38,846 bases of DNA, taken from the IMG/VR virus record IMGVR_UViG_3300046823_000057, positions 1 through 38,846 of that record, one strand, 5' to 3'. The DNA is from a virus (taxonomy: Duplodnaviria; Caudoviricetes). Of the stretch, positions 15,413 to 24,601 are shown one piece after another. Below the pieces are notes generated by a model, which was not told where the DNA came from, ran no database searches, and saw only the letters and a list, made by a program, of their open reading frames with translations. A program made the translations under genes and the position numbers. Each line of letters starts with the position of its first letter. Within the stretch, counting starts at the first letter, position 1.

Positions 15413-17464
15413 CTATTTCTTTTCGTAACTCTGATCACGGTTCTTGCCGACAACGCCGGCCCAGCTCCCGATCAGCGGACTCTCGACCAGGGCGCGGGTG
15501 ACTTGGCTGCGCGCATTCAATGTATTCTGCGCGTTAACCAGCTCGGGGATCAGCGTTCGCAATACTGCCGGATCAGTCTGCTTTAACAGATGCGCGACGG
15601 CTTCACGGCGTTGAACTGCCTGATTCTGTAGGATGTTCTTGGCGCCTGCCGCGAGTAGCGTTTTAGCGTCTGACCAGAACCCGCCACCGACGTTGGGTAG
15701 CGTCGGGGCCTCCATCTCGCTGGCAGCTTTCAGGCTGGGCGCTGTCTGCGAGCGCGCGATCGTCTTGTTGTAGGTGTCGCGCTGGCGGCCTTCGTTCTCT
15801 AGTAGCGCCGCGAGCTTGGTGCCGCGCTCAGGACCAAATGCGATAGAAAGCTTCTGCGCGTTCCAATCCTGCGGCTGACCAAGTAGGCGATTAAGCGCGA
15901 TCTGATCGTTGATGTTACCGCCGACAATGCGCTCCAGGCCGGCGCGCGTGGCCTGACTAATACGGAACGCCTCGCCGGAAGGGCCGATCATTTCGCCGGT
16001 CGGGCGAACGCCTTCGGTCATGGCGCGCTGGAACTCTTCCGGCCAGCTCGCCTGATTACCTTTAGTGAACGTGTTGCGGCCAATCCCGCCGGGTTCGAGT
16101 GCCGCCTGCTGGCGTCCCAACTCGGCCCGCTCGGAGTATAGCTGGCCGGCGCCCGGCACCTGTCGTTTCAACTCGTCGGTGATGCGGCCGTGAATGTTCT
16201 CCAGCGCACCACTCACAGACTGATACTTCGGGTCTTTGCTCATCGCCTCGATGCTGGTACGCAGATTGGCGAGCTTCTCGGCGCTGTTGTCGAGCTGGGT
16301 CGTGCCGGGAATATTGAGCGCCTTACGCACCGCAAGCAGGGTGGCGCGGTTGCCGAGGTTCTCCTTTGAGGCCACGTCCGACAACCAGGATGCCAGCGGG
16401 GCGGTGTCGACCGGCTTGGCGTTGGCGTACAGCTCGCGAAACCGAGGCCCCATCTTGTCAATCTGGGCCTGGATGCCTTCGTTCGTAAAACTCTCGGGCT
16501 GGGTCGGGCCGAGGATTGAACTCATACCCCTCGAAATAGCCGGCGACGTTCCCTTGTCACGCTCGATAATCGCCTCGGCGAGGCGACTGGAATTAGGCCC
16601 TCCGGGAAGGGTGGCGCCTTGCGTGGCGCCCAGCATGGCGGGGCCGCCCTCGCTCATCATGGCGCGTGGGCCACGGTCGCCGCGTAGGATGGCTTCCAGC
16701 CCCGGCGCGTCGGCCTCGGCAGCTCTCGCCAATGAGCCAGGGATCTTGGGGTAGACGCCGTCGATCGCGGTCTGCAAGTACAACGGCATCAGCGAGCGCA
16801 CCTTGCCGGCGCCGGCTCCAACGGTCGACAGGACAGCTCCACCTAAACCACCTTGGACGGCTCCTAAGAGGCCGTTGTTGATGTAGTCGGCTGGGTTGCC
16901 TGTGTAGGTCGTACCGGCACCTTGCAGCAAACCTAGCCCCGCGCCGGTTCTGGCGCCTGTCTGGATGGTGTTCCAGACTCCCTTGGCCACCGGGGCGGCG
17001 CCATAGAAGGTTTTGCCGGTGGCGGCGCCGGCCGCCAAGTCTGCCATCGTGGTGGCGACCGGGCTGCGCTCACGCGCCTGCGCTTCGGCATCCACCGCGC
17101 GATCGACACCGATCTTGTAGCTCGGCGCCGCGCCGATCAGGTAATCGATTCCGCCTGCAGCACGGTTGCCCATGCCAAACGTCGCCGTGTTGACGCCGGC
17201 CCGCAAAGCGTCCTGGGCCGTCTCCTGCGCGCTCTCGGCGTCCTGCGCGCTCGGCGGAACGACCACGCGGTCTTTCGCGCCCGGCGGGGGCTCGTAGATG
17301 TAGGTGCCGGCGTCAGGGCCGGGCCGTAGGTCAGACGGCGGACGGTTCAGGTCAGGATTTGCCGGCGGCGGCGGGCGAACAGTGACGGCAGCGGTCGGCG
17401 GGCCGAGGTCGCGCGGCGGCGGCTCGTAGACCAAATCATTATTGTTGCTATAGGTGTCGCTCAT
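15413..17464 (-). CDS. Putative internal virion / DNA ejection protein
   Basis: 683 aa; Pro-rich N-terminus, Gly/Ala-rich hydrophobic stretches (NTATFG motif), helical C-terminus. Podovirus ejectosome position. ATG17464 overlaps the upstream stop. Confidence 0.7.
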   Translation of the reverse strand: MSDTYSNNNDLVYEPPPRDLGPPTAAVTVRPPPPANPDLNRPPSDLRPGPDAGTYIYEPPPGAKDRVVVPPSAQDAESAQETAQDALRAGVNTATFGMGNRAAGGIDYLIGAAPSYKIGVDRAVDAEAQARERSPVATTMADLAAGAATGKTFYGAAPVAKGVWNTIQTGARTGAGLGLLQGAGTTYTGNPADYINNGLLGAVQGGLGGAVLSTVGAGAGKVRSLMPLYLQTAIDGVYPKIPGSLARAAEADAPGLEAILRGDRGPRAMMSEGGPAMLGATQGATLPGGPNSSRLAEAIIERDKGTSPAISRGMSSILGPTQPESFTNEGIQAQIDKMGPRFRELYANAKPVDTAPLASWLSDVASKENLGNRATLLAVRKALNIPGTTQLDNSAEKLANLRTSIEAMSKDPKYQSVSGALENIHGRITDELKRQVPGAGQLYSERAELGRQQAALEPGGIGRNTFTKGNQASWPEEFQRAMTEGVRPTGEMIGPSGEAFRISQATRAGLERIVGGNINDQIALNRLLGQPQDWNAQKLSIAFGPERGTKLAALLENEGRQRDTYNKTIARSQTAPSLKAASEMEAPTLPNVGGGFWSDAKTLLAAGAKNILQNQAVQRREAVAHLLKQTDPAVLRTLIPELVNAQNTLNARSQVTRALVESPLIGSWAGVVGKNRDQSYEKK

Positions 17465-20400
17465 GGCTTCACCCACTGGCCGTTTCTGCGGACCTTCTCG
17501 ATCGCGCCGGTCGTCTTGTTTCGAAGAACCGCGCCTTCGACCGGGTTATTGATACTTCCGCCGAGGGGGGCGGTGACTGAAGTGCTGGGGGCGTCTGGGG
17601 TGTCCTGGTTTGGTGTCGGTATCCCAAGTTTCCGGTGGAACTGATCGACGATCGGCTGGGCACTGCCGAGGGAGCTGTAGTTGGCGTGCTCGACCGCAGC
17701 GCGCTGGCTGTCCTTGAACTTGATCTGGTCGGCCTTGTCGCCGGGGGCCGGGAACCAGAGCTCAAAGTGCTGCTCGGCCTCGTCCTTGTTGATGACGGCG
17801 CCGCTGTCGTTGCGGAGGTTCGCCATCATCCAATTGAGGGCGGCCTCGCGGTTGGTCCTGAAATCGTTCGACACCATGTAGTTGCCCCCCGGCAACCTGA
17901 ACCGCTGGGTCTGGGTCAGGTCGGCCAGGACGGCGGGATTGGTCAGATATTGCTTGGCGTTCAACGATCGTTCGTATTGCGAAATCAGTTTGGCTTGCTC
18001 GGCCGTTGGCGTGATGTGGGAGGGATTGAACGTCGGCGTCACGTTGATCATTTTCGTCCGGTCTTTCGGATCGAACTCGAAAACCTGACTGCCGATGAGA
18101 ACGTGCGGAGGCATCACGCCCGCCTCGTTCTCTAGCTGGGTGTGCTTTGTCTGGGCTTGCGTTTGAGCCAGCTCGGCCGCGTTCTTGGTATCCAGCTCGT
18201 ACTGTTTCTGTCGAATCTCCAGGTTGGCCTTCTCCAGGTCGGCGCGGGCTTGTGCTTCCAGCACGGGCTGACGGGACGCGATGGCTTGTTGGATGACGGC
18301 TTCAGCCTTAGTCTTGGCTTCCATAGCCGGGGCTAGGTAGGCGGCCTCGTTCCTGGCCTTGAGGAGGGCTTCGCGCTCGGTCTGTTCCTTGATGTAGCGC
18401 GGGTCAGCTTCTCGTATCCCTTTGTCGTACTCGTTCTTGTCTTTTTCCCATTGCTGCCGCTGATTGACGTAGTCGTTGATCTGTCCCGCCTGCGTGTCGG
18501 TGCGGTATTGCTTGTGGACATTATATTGCCGCTCCGCATAGGCCCGCATGCCGTCACTGACGTTGGGATTGTCCTTGACGTTGCCCCAATAGGTTTCCGC
18601 CTGCGATGCGCCTAACAACTTTGGACGGGGCGGCGGCGGTCCTGGGTCTTTAAATTCCTGGGGTTTATAGGGCGGCAGTGTTTCTGGCGGCGCAACTTGG
18701 CGAATGCCGGACGGCTCGGCCGCTCCCTGCGGAATGGCTTGCGGAGCCGGTGGCGACGTGGTGCCGGTCGCTGCCGAGGGCGCGCTTGCGAAGGGGTCAG
18801 GTGTTCGCGCGGGAGCCTGCGCGCCGCCCAGCCAGCTCGGTGCCGGCTGGATATCCATCACCCGCCCCGGCGTTGCCGCCTGCGCGTATTGCGGATTAGG
18901 CGAAGTCGAAGAAGTCTCCGCCGCCGTCGAAGCTGGAGACGCGGTTGCGGTCGTCGGGGGCGTTACCCCCGTCGACGTAGGGTCCGTCTGCGGCACCTCC
19001 TGGGGCGCCGGCACTTTCTGTTGCTGGTCGAGCAATTCCTTGGCGATGGCATTGCGCTGCTGGATCGACGCGGCAATGGCCGGGTCGGCATTGACCGGAT
19101 TGACGCCCAGCGGCGGGGCGTCACTAACGACTCCGGTACGGCCAAGGGAAGCGGTTCGTGGCTGCGCGCTGCCCTGACCCCCCATGCCGAGAACGTCTTG
19201 CACACGGGCAACCTGTGTCGCGTCTGATTGCGAGGGTGGCGCGTCTCTCGCCTGGATGATCGCCATCGAGTTGGCGACGGCTTGGCGTGGCGTGCTGGCG
19301 ACACTAGCGAAGGTCGGATCGGCGCCAGGGTCATTGGGTAGCGGTCCCAGCCTCGATAAGCGCAGATTGGGGTCGAGATTGCCGCGCTCTGGGCCGGTAT
19401 CGAAATGCATGAGGTCACGGTTGCCGGTGCCGCCGCGTTTGGCAGTGTCGAAGGCACCGCCCCAGGCTAGAGGCTGACCAGGGTAGTTCTTTTGGTTGCC
19501 GGTATAGGCCCCGCGCGCGAGCTCGGTGTAGAGGCCGCTCGTGTCCTGGCCGCGATTGCGAATGACATTCCCTTCCGGGTCGACAATGTGGAAATCCGCC
19601 GCCGAATGGCGGCCGTGGAATCCGCTGTCACCCGTGCGCTGGCCGGATGTCAGCTCCACCCTGGAGCCTTGCGGGAGCGCCAGCGAGCCGTAGGCTACGT
19701 CCTCCAGGATGCGCGAATTGACGCCAGCCGCCCGCGGATCGTTGCGGTTAAGCATGGCCTGATCGATCGGATTGAGCTGGCCGGGATCGTAGACTCCAGG
19801 CTCCGCCGGCCCTGGCCGCGATCGTGGGATTGGCACGTTGGCGGCGACATTAGGTACCGCCGCGTCCATTTCGTTGTAGCCGGCACTCCTTACAGACTCA
19901 TTGCCCTGAAAATAGGACGGTAGCCCTGGATTGCCGCCCCTCTGGAACGTCTGTGGCGAGGCCGTTAGATTGGGGTCGAGGGCCGCGGCATTGCCTTGCA
20001 TGTCGGCCAGCCGCTGGGCGCCTTGCTTTTGCAGTCCGCCCTGCACGGCATACGTCTCACCGGGGCCTCCCACGCCGCTGCCAGATGTCTCCCAATCAAA
20101 CGGAACCATGCCGGGGGCTCGCATCCCAGTGCCGGTCCCACCTGTCAGAGGGATATCGTTTCGCGTTACCAGGGGTGCTTCCTGGGGGCGAGCGAAGAAC
20201 GGCGTGGCCGCCCTCGCGGGCGGCGCCGATACTGGCGTGGATAGTTGTGTCTCATCGGGCGTGGAGCTGGGTGCGTAAGCCAGCGTCGTCGGCTGCTCGG
20301 CTGGCGCCTGATCAGCGGCGGCGACTGTTACTCCCGTATCTGCTTCGGCGCGCGGCGCGGGCGGCGTTACTGGCCGCTCGGCGCCACCGGGCGGGGTGGT

Positions 20401-20751
20401 CGTCACGGCCGGCGGCGGTGTGTAGCGCGACCCTGGCGGGCCAGCCATCGGGACAGGCTCGCCACTGAGCTTGGCACCGCCGGTCGGAATGCTGGCCTCG
20501 GCTTCCTTCTGCGCCTTCTCCATCTGCGCGAGCCGCCAATTGAGGCCAGCCTCGCCGATCGACTCACCGAGATAAGTCAGCCCCTCGCCGGTATTTTTGG
20601 GAAAGCCCTTTTTCTGGCCGGCAAGCGCGGTGGCAATTGCGCGCCGTCGCTTCAGCTCTTCATAGCTCAATCCGGTATTGCCACCGAAGATGTAGCTAAA
20701 GGGATCACCCGCACCGGACGGGGCGCTGTCGTTTACGGTTGGTCCAGCCAT
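17461..20751 (-). CDS. Large DNA ejection protein with an internal peptidoglycan hydrolase (peptidase M15-like) domain
   Basis: 1096 aa. LTSGQR..HGRHSAADF..WGG..DLMHFD Zn-peptidase pattern (~19400-19660) flanked by P/A/T low-complexity linkers. Confidence 0.75.
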   Translation of the reverse strand: MAGPTVNDSAPSGAGDPFSYIFGGNTGLSYEELKRRRAIATALAGQKKGFPKNTGEGLTYLGESIGEAGLNWRLAQMEKAQKEAEASIPTGGAKLSGEPVPMAGPPGSRYTPPPAVTTTPPGGAERPVTPPAPRAEADTGVTVAAADQAPAEQPTTLAYAPSSTPDETQLSTPVSAPPARAATPFFARPQEAPLVTRNDIPLTGGTGTGMRAPGMVPFDWETSGSGVGGPGETYAVQGGLQKQGAQRLADMQGNAAALDPNLTASPQTFQRGGNPGLPSYFQGNESVRSAGYNEMDAAVPNVAANVPIPRSRPGPAEPGVYDPGQLNPIDQAMLNRNDPRAAGVNSRILEDVAYGSLALPQGSRVELTSGQRTGDSGFHGRHSAADFHIVDPEGNVIRNRGQDTSGLYTELARGAYTGNQKNYPGQPLAWGGAFDTAKRGGTGNRDLMHFDTGPERGNLDPNLRLSRLGPLPNDPGADPTFASVASTPRQAVANSMAIIQARDAPPSQSDATQVARVQDVLGMGGQGSAQPRTASLGRTGVVSDAPPLGVNPVNADPAIAASIQQRNAIAKELLDQQQKVPAPQEVPQTDPTSTGVTPPTTATASPASTAAETSSTSPNPQYAQAATPGRVMDIQPAPSWLGGAQAPARTPDPFASAPSAATGTTSPPAPQAIPQGAAEPSGIRQVAPPETLPPYKPQEFKDPGPPPPRPKLLGASQAETYWGNVKDNPNVSDGMRAYAERQYNVHKQYRTDTQAGQINDYVNQRQQWEKDKNEYDKGIREADPRYIKEQTEREALLKARNEAAYLAPAMEAKTKAEAVIQQAIASRQPVLEAQARADLEKANLEIRQKQYELDTKNAAELAQTQAQTKHTQLENEAGVMPPHVLIGSQVFEFDPKDRTKMINVTPTFNPSHITPTAEQAKLISQYERSLNAKQYLTNPAVLADLTQTQRFRLPGGNYMVSNDFRTNREAALNWMMANLRNDSGAVINKDEAEQHFELWFPAPGDKADQIKFKDSQRAAVEHANYSSLGSAQPIVDQFHRKLGIPTPNQDTPDAPSTSVTAPLGGSINNPVEGAVLRNKTTGAIEKVRRNGQWVKP

Positions 20752-20755
20752 TTCG

Positions 20756-22591
20756 TCACCCTGCTGCGTGTGCGGTCGCGAACACGTTGCCCATTATTCT
20801 GCCGGGATTGATGTACTTGATGCCGCGGTGCGTCTTCACGGCGCCGCGGTCGATCTTCTCGACATCCTGCGCCATCGGCCCGACATGGCGTTGCCCGCTC
20901 GGATCACCCTTGTAGGTGTAGCTGTAGATCGGCAGCAGACTCTTGCCGCCCTCGGCATCGATCGGCCCGCTGTCGGCGCTCTCGTTCTCGTTTGCCTCGG
21001 TCGCGAAAACGCTGCCGATCTTCACCTTGTTTTCTTTCATCCTCTCATCCGACATCTTTGCCATGCCGCCCAGCATGCCGAAGATGCCGCCCATCAGCGC
21101 CTGTTGCTGTTGTGATTGTTGCTGATAGTTCTGGAAATCCTGATTGAAGCGCGTGTTGATCAGCCCAGCAACGTCAGTTGTTGGGATCTGGTTATTAGGA
21201 GTGTTGACGAAATTTGGATTATTGATTTGCGAACCAGACAACAACGAGCTGATCTCGTTGATCGGCTGGTTGCGCATCGCATACTGTTCATTCATGAACT
21301 GGTTACGCGCCATATTCTGCGCGTTGAAACCGGATTGTGCTTGCGCGACTTGCGCGGCGAGGCCAGCCTGCGCGAACTCGCCTTGCTGCGCGTTCTGCAT
21401 GAACTGATTTTGCTGGGCCTGGTTGGCGAACGTCGCGGCCTGCTGGTTCTGCCCGAACTGCTGGGCTTGCGCGGTGTTGGCGAAGGTGCCGCGACCTTGC
21501 GCTTGCTCGTAAGCTTGCTGTTGCGCGGTATTGGCAAATTGTCCGCCTTGCAGGTTCTGGCCAAACATCGCTTGCTGTGCGGTGTTGAAGAAGGTGCCGC
21601 GCTGTTGTTGCTGATTGAACTGTTGCTGTTGCGCGGCGTTCTGGAACCCGGCCCTCTGCGCCGCCATGTCCATCATGCGCTGTTGTTCTGTTCCAGCTTG
21701 ATTGATGGCAGCGAAGCGCGCGTCATTGCTCTGACGGTTATAGTTATCCATCGCATTGGTGTAAGCGGTGGAGCCGTAGCGAATGCCCTGGTCGGCGAGC
21801 TGTTGTGTGAGTTGGTTCTTCTCGACGGCTAATTGCGGATTGATCCGCGCCATCAACGAGTCTTGCACGTTCTGTCGATCAGCCGAGAAGTCTCCCGGCC
21901 CGTAGCTTGAGGTCACGTCGCCAGCGCCGCCAAAACCAAACACCTGTCCCGGCGTGTAGCCCAATTGCGATTGCGGGCCGCCGACATCGGCGAAGCCGGT
22001 CTGCTGCTGTCCTGCGGTATTGAACGAGGTTTGTTGTTGGCCGCCGGGATCAAATGATGTCGGCGGCGCGGGAATGCCGGATATCTTGGTCGGGTCGCCT
22101 GCCGATGGCGCAACAATGCCGCTATTGGCTGCGCGTCCCTCTTTCTGTCCGTACAGCAGATAGTGCTGATAGGCATCCATACCCGACGCCGCCACGTCGG
22201 GATTGTTCTGGAGATACCAGCCCGCATCGAACTGATTGGGATTAGTGCCAGTGTTGATCTCACTCGACAGCAAGTTGGAAAGGCGCGCACTCTGTGCGTT
22301 CGCCATTCCCGCCATGTTGTATTTGGCGGCTGTACTTTGATCATTGATGGCTTGCTGTTGTGGCGATAGTACTTGGCTAGCAGTAAACGTCGGAATATCA
22401 ACATTGAGCCCAGTATACGGGTCTTGCCACTGATAATTTCCGGTAACATCGTAATTTAGGTCGCCATTCGGCGTGACTTGGTTTGTGTTTCCAAGAAACG
22501 CATTCGCGATTGAGGTCGCGACGTTCGTTGATGTCGACGCGCGCGCGGTGGCGACCGGATCGGGAGGGGTCGGAGGATCTGGTTTACTCAA
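20756..22591 (-). CDS. Q-rich internal virion / ejection protein with C-terminal peptidase S74-like domain
   Basis: TTG start after GGAGGAG; N-terminal KPDPPTPPDP..TNQVTP; Q/N/A-rich repeats; SDERMKEN..YSYTYKGD..GPMAQDVE. Confidence 0.75.
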   Translation of the reverse strand: MSKPDPPTPPDPVATARASTSTNVATSIANAFLGNTNQVTPNGDLNYDVTGNYQWQDPYTGLNVDIPTFTASQVLSPQQQAINDQSTAAKYNMAGMANAQSARLSNLLSSEINTGTNPNQFDAGWYLQNNPDVAASGMDAYQHYLLYGQKEGRAANSGIVAPSAGDPTKISGIPAPPTSFDPGGQQQTSFNTAGQQQTGFADVGGPQSQLGYTPGQVFGFGGAGDVTSSYGPGDFSADRQNVQDSLMARINPQLAVEKNQLTQQLADQGIRYGSTAYTNAMDNYNRQSNDARFAAINQAGTEQQRMMDMAAQRAGFQNAAQQQQFNQQQQRGTFFNTAQQAMFGQNLQGGQFANTAQQQAYEQAQGRGTFANTAQAQQFGQNQQAATFANQAQQNQFMQNAQQGEFAQAGLAAQVAQAQSGFNAQNMARNQFMNEQYAMRNQPINEISSLLSGSQINNPNFVNTPNNQIPTTDVAGLINTRFNQDFQNYQQQSQQQQALMGGIFGMLGGMAKMSDERMKENKVKIGSVFATEANENESADSGPIDAEGGKSLLPIYSYTYKGDPSGQRHVGPMAQDVEKIDRGAVKTHRGIKYINPGRIMGNVFATAHAAG

Positions 22592-22600
22592 AGTCTCCTC

Positions 22601-23065
22601 CTACTGTTGCGGCGGTTGCTGACCGCCCACAGTCGGCGGCACACCCATCGCGGGCGCCTGTGGTTGCGGGGGAATGCCGACTTGCGGCGGCGCGTTGAAA
22701 TTTGCCCCCGCGGGCGCCGTCGCTCCTGGCTGTAGAGTCTGGTTCATGCCGGTCGGCATCGGCGACATCGGATTGCCCATGCCCGGTATTGCCCCAGGCA
22801 CTCCCGACATCCCCGGCATCCCTCCTGCTCCTGACTGCTGCCCTGGTTGCGCTCCCATCGCGCCGGCTGGAGATGGAATGATCGGAGCCCCCATGCTCTG
22901 CACCCCCGGCGGCACTTGGGTGCGTGGCGGCGGGTTCTGCACGTTGAGCAGCGCCTGCGTGATGGCGTCACGCTGCATGTTTGCGCCCGGCGCCATCGGA
23001 GCTGCTGGCGCTGCTGGTCCTGCCGGTCCTGCGTAGGGCGCAACCTGGGTCGTGTAGGGAGCCAT
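22601..23065 (-). CDS. Pro/Gly/Met-rich low-complexity virion-region protein
   Basis: TGATG coupling; conserved-looking QRDAITQALLNVQNPPPRT core. Confidence 0.7.
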   Translation of the reverse strand: MAPYTTQVAPYAGPAGPAAPAAPMAPGANMQRDAITQALLNVQNPPPRTQVPPGVQSMGAPIIPSPAGAMGAQPGQQSGAGGMPGMSGVPGAIPGMGNPMSPMPTGMNQTLQPGATAPAGANFNAPPQVGIPPQPQAPAMGVPPTVGGQQPPQQ

Positions 23066-23514
23066 CAGAATCCCCCTCCGCGCGTCGGCATGCCGCCAGG
23101 ATTAGCGAGCGCGCCGGGGCTGTAGACATTCTGGAACGGCCGCGGCGGTAGCACGGGCAGCGCCCCGGTCGACATCGGCGCTCCCGGCGTCGGCGGCGGC
23201 GCGAACAAGCCACCCGTGCCGATGCCGGTCGGCGGTGCCGGTGGCGCGAAGCCACCGCCTGGAGCGCCTGGAACCATCTGCGGCGGGGGCGGCGTGAAGC
23301 CGCCGCCCTGGTTCATGAGGGCATTGGTAATGTTGCCGCGCGCAGCCATGCCCCCCGGCGGCGGCGCGAACAGGGATTGTCCGGTTGCCCCCGGCGGCGG
23401 CGTGAACCCGGTACTCGTGGGCGTCGGCCTGGGTGCGCTCGCAAACGAGGTGAAGCCGGGGTTATACGGTGAATAGCTTTGCGGAACACCCCGATTTCCT
23501 GAAAAGCCTGCCAT
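23065..23514 (-). CDS. Pro/Gly-rich low-complexity protein (MAGFSGNRGV...)
   Basis: ATG23514 in TGATG overlap with the GNAT gene stop; ARGNITNALMNQ core resembles the neighbouring gene. Confidence 0.65.
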   Translation of the reverse strand: MAGFSGNRGVPQSYSPYNPGFTSFASAPRPTPTSTGFTPPPGATGQSLFAPPPGGMAARGNITNALMNQGGGFTPPPPQMVPGAPGGGFAPPAPPTGIGTGGLFAPPPTPGAPMSTGALPVLPPRPFQNVYSPGALANPGGMPTRGGGF

Positions 23515-23993
23515 CACGCAGCCTCCTCTAGCTCGGTATCGATGAGATGATGTTTCAGGCGGGCGTTGAACTTGTTTGCGGCCCACGCTTCGTAGGTGAG
23601 AAGGCAAAGCACGCCGTCCTTGTCGCGCCCCAGCATGCGCGGCACGCGGATGAACGTGTAGCCGTAGGCCGCGAGCTGTCTCAATAAACGCTCGTCGGTG
23701 GCGGCGTTGCGCTGCACGAGCATCTGGCAGTGCGCGACGTGAAACGGGTACTGATACATGCGCGCGATCGTGCCGCGCGTCAGCCACTGCTTGCCGGGGA
23801 GCGCCGCTCCGCTCATTTCGATGATGCCAGCCTCGGGCTCCCAATTATGGTAGACGAGTCCTGCAATTAGTTGCTCGCCGTCGAGCACGCCGATGGCCTT
23901 GCAGTTGCCGAAGCCACGCTCGCGGCAGCGCGGAATCATCTGCGCGACGAAGCGCGCCACTGTCTCATCGTGTCCGTAGACGTAAGACAGCAT
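23514..23993 (-). CDS. GNAT-fold (acetyltransferase-like) protein of the podovirus tail region
   Basis: AIGVLDGEQLIAGLVYHNW..IEMSGAA..WLTR..YPF pattern; syntenic position between nozzle and ejection genes. Confidence 0.7.
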   Translation of the reverse strand: MLSYVYGHDETVARFVAQMIPRCRERGFGNCKAIGVLDGEQLIAGLVYHNWEPEAGIIEMSGAALPGKQWLTRGTIARMYQYPFHVAHCQMLVQRNAATDERLLRQLAAYGYTFIRVPRMLGRDKDGVLCLLTYEAWAANKFNARLKHHLIDTELEEAA

Positions 23994-24592
23994 CAGCCAA
24001 AGTCCTCGCTATGAAACGGCTTGACCTTGTTGGGGTCGTTGGGGTCGATGTAGCCCCCGGTGGCGGGGTCATACGTCAAGGTCTGCGCGAGTTCGCCCCG
24101 GCCTATGGGCGTTGGTCCGCCACCATAGGCATCTTGCGCTTGCTGATTGGCGAGCATGCGGGCGGCGATGGCATCGCGCCGCGCTCCCACGTCGTAGGCA
24201 GTACCGTGCGAGAGTGCTCGTAGTGCGGCCGGGTCGACCAGACCGCCATCCTGGCCCAGCTTCAGTGTAAGCGGAATGTTGGAACCGCCGTAGACGCCGT
24301 CACCGGGAGCTTTGCCGGAAGGCGGCGTCCATTCCGCCGGCATGCGCAAGCTGTCGATCATGTCGCGCGTCAGCCCGCCCTTGGCCGCGTTCCAGGCGTT
24401 GACGGCGCGTTCACTGGCGCCATAGCCGTGGATGTAGGCGGGCGCAAATAGGCCCCCATGTCCTGACGTATAGGCCGGATCGTTGTTGCTGCCGCCATAG
24501 TCGGCAGGAGGGCCGTAAGCCGGGTCGGCAGGAGGGGTGGCGGCAACAACGACTGCAGTCGCGGGATCGACGTATCCAGGGGCGGCGGCCAT
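23993..24592 (-). CDS. Hypothetical virion-region protein
   Basis: GGAG RBS, TGATG coupling, RRDAIAARML core. Confidence 0.75.
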   Translation of the reverse strand: MAAAPGYVDPATAVVVAATPPADPAYGPPADYGGSNNDPAYTSGHGGLFAPAYIHGYGASERAVNAWNAAKGGLTRDMIDSLRMPAEWTPPSGKAPGDGVYGGSNIPLTLKLGQDGGLVDPAALRALSHGTAYDVGARRDAIAARMLANQQAQDAYGGGPTPIGRGELAQTLTYDPATGGYIDPNDPNKVKPFHSEDFG

Positions 24593-24601
24593 GTTGCTCT
24601 C

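Noticed and set aside
15413-15415. Genome-wide amber (TAG) recoding suggested by the in-frame TAG before the tail fibre
   Set aside because: TAG terminates other clear genes (major capsid, nozzle), genes are not fragmented under the standard code, and no suppressor tRNA is visible.
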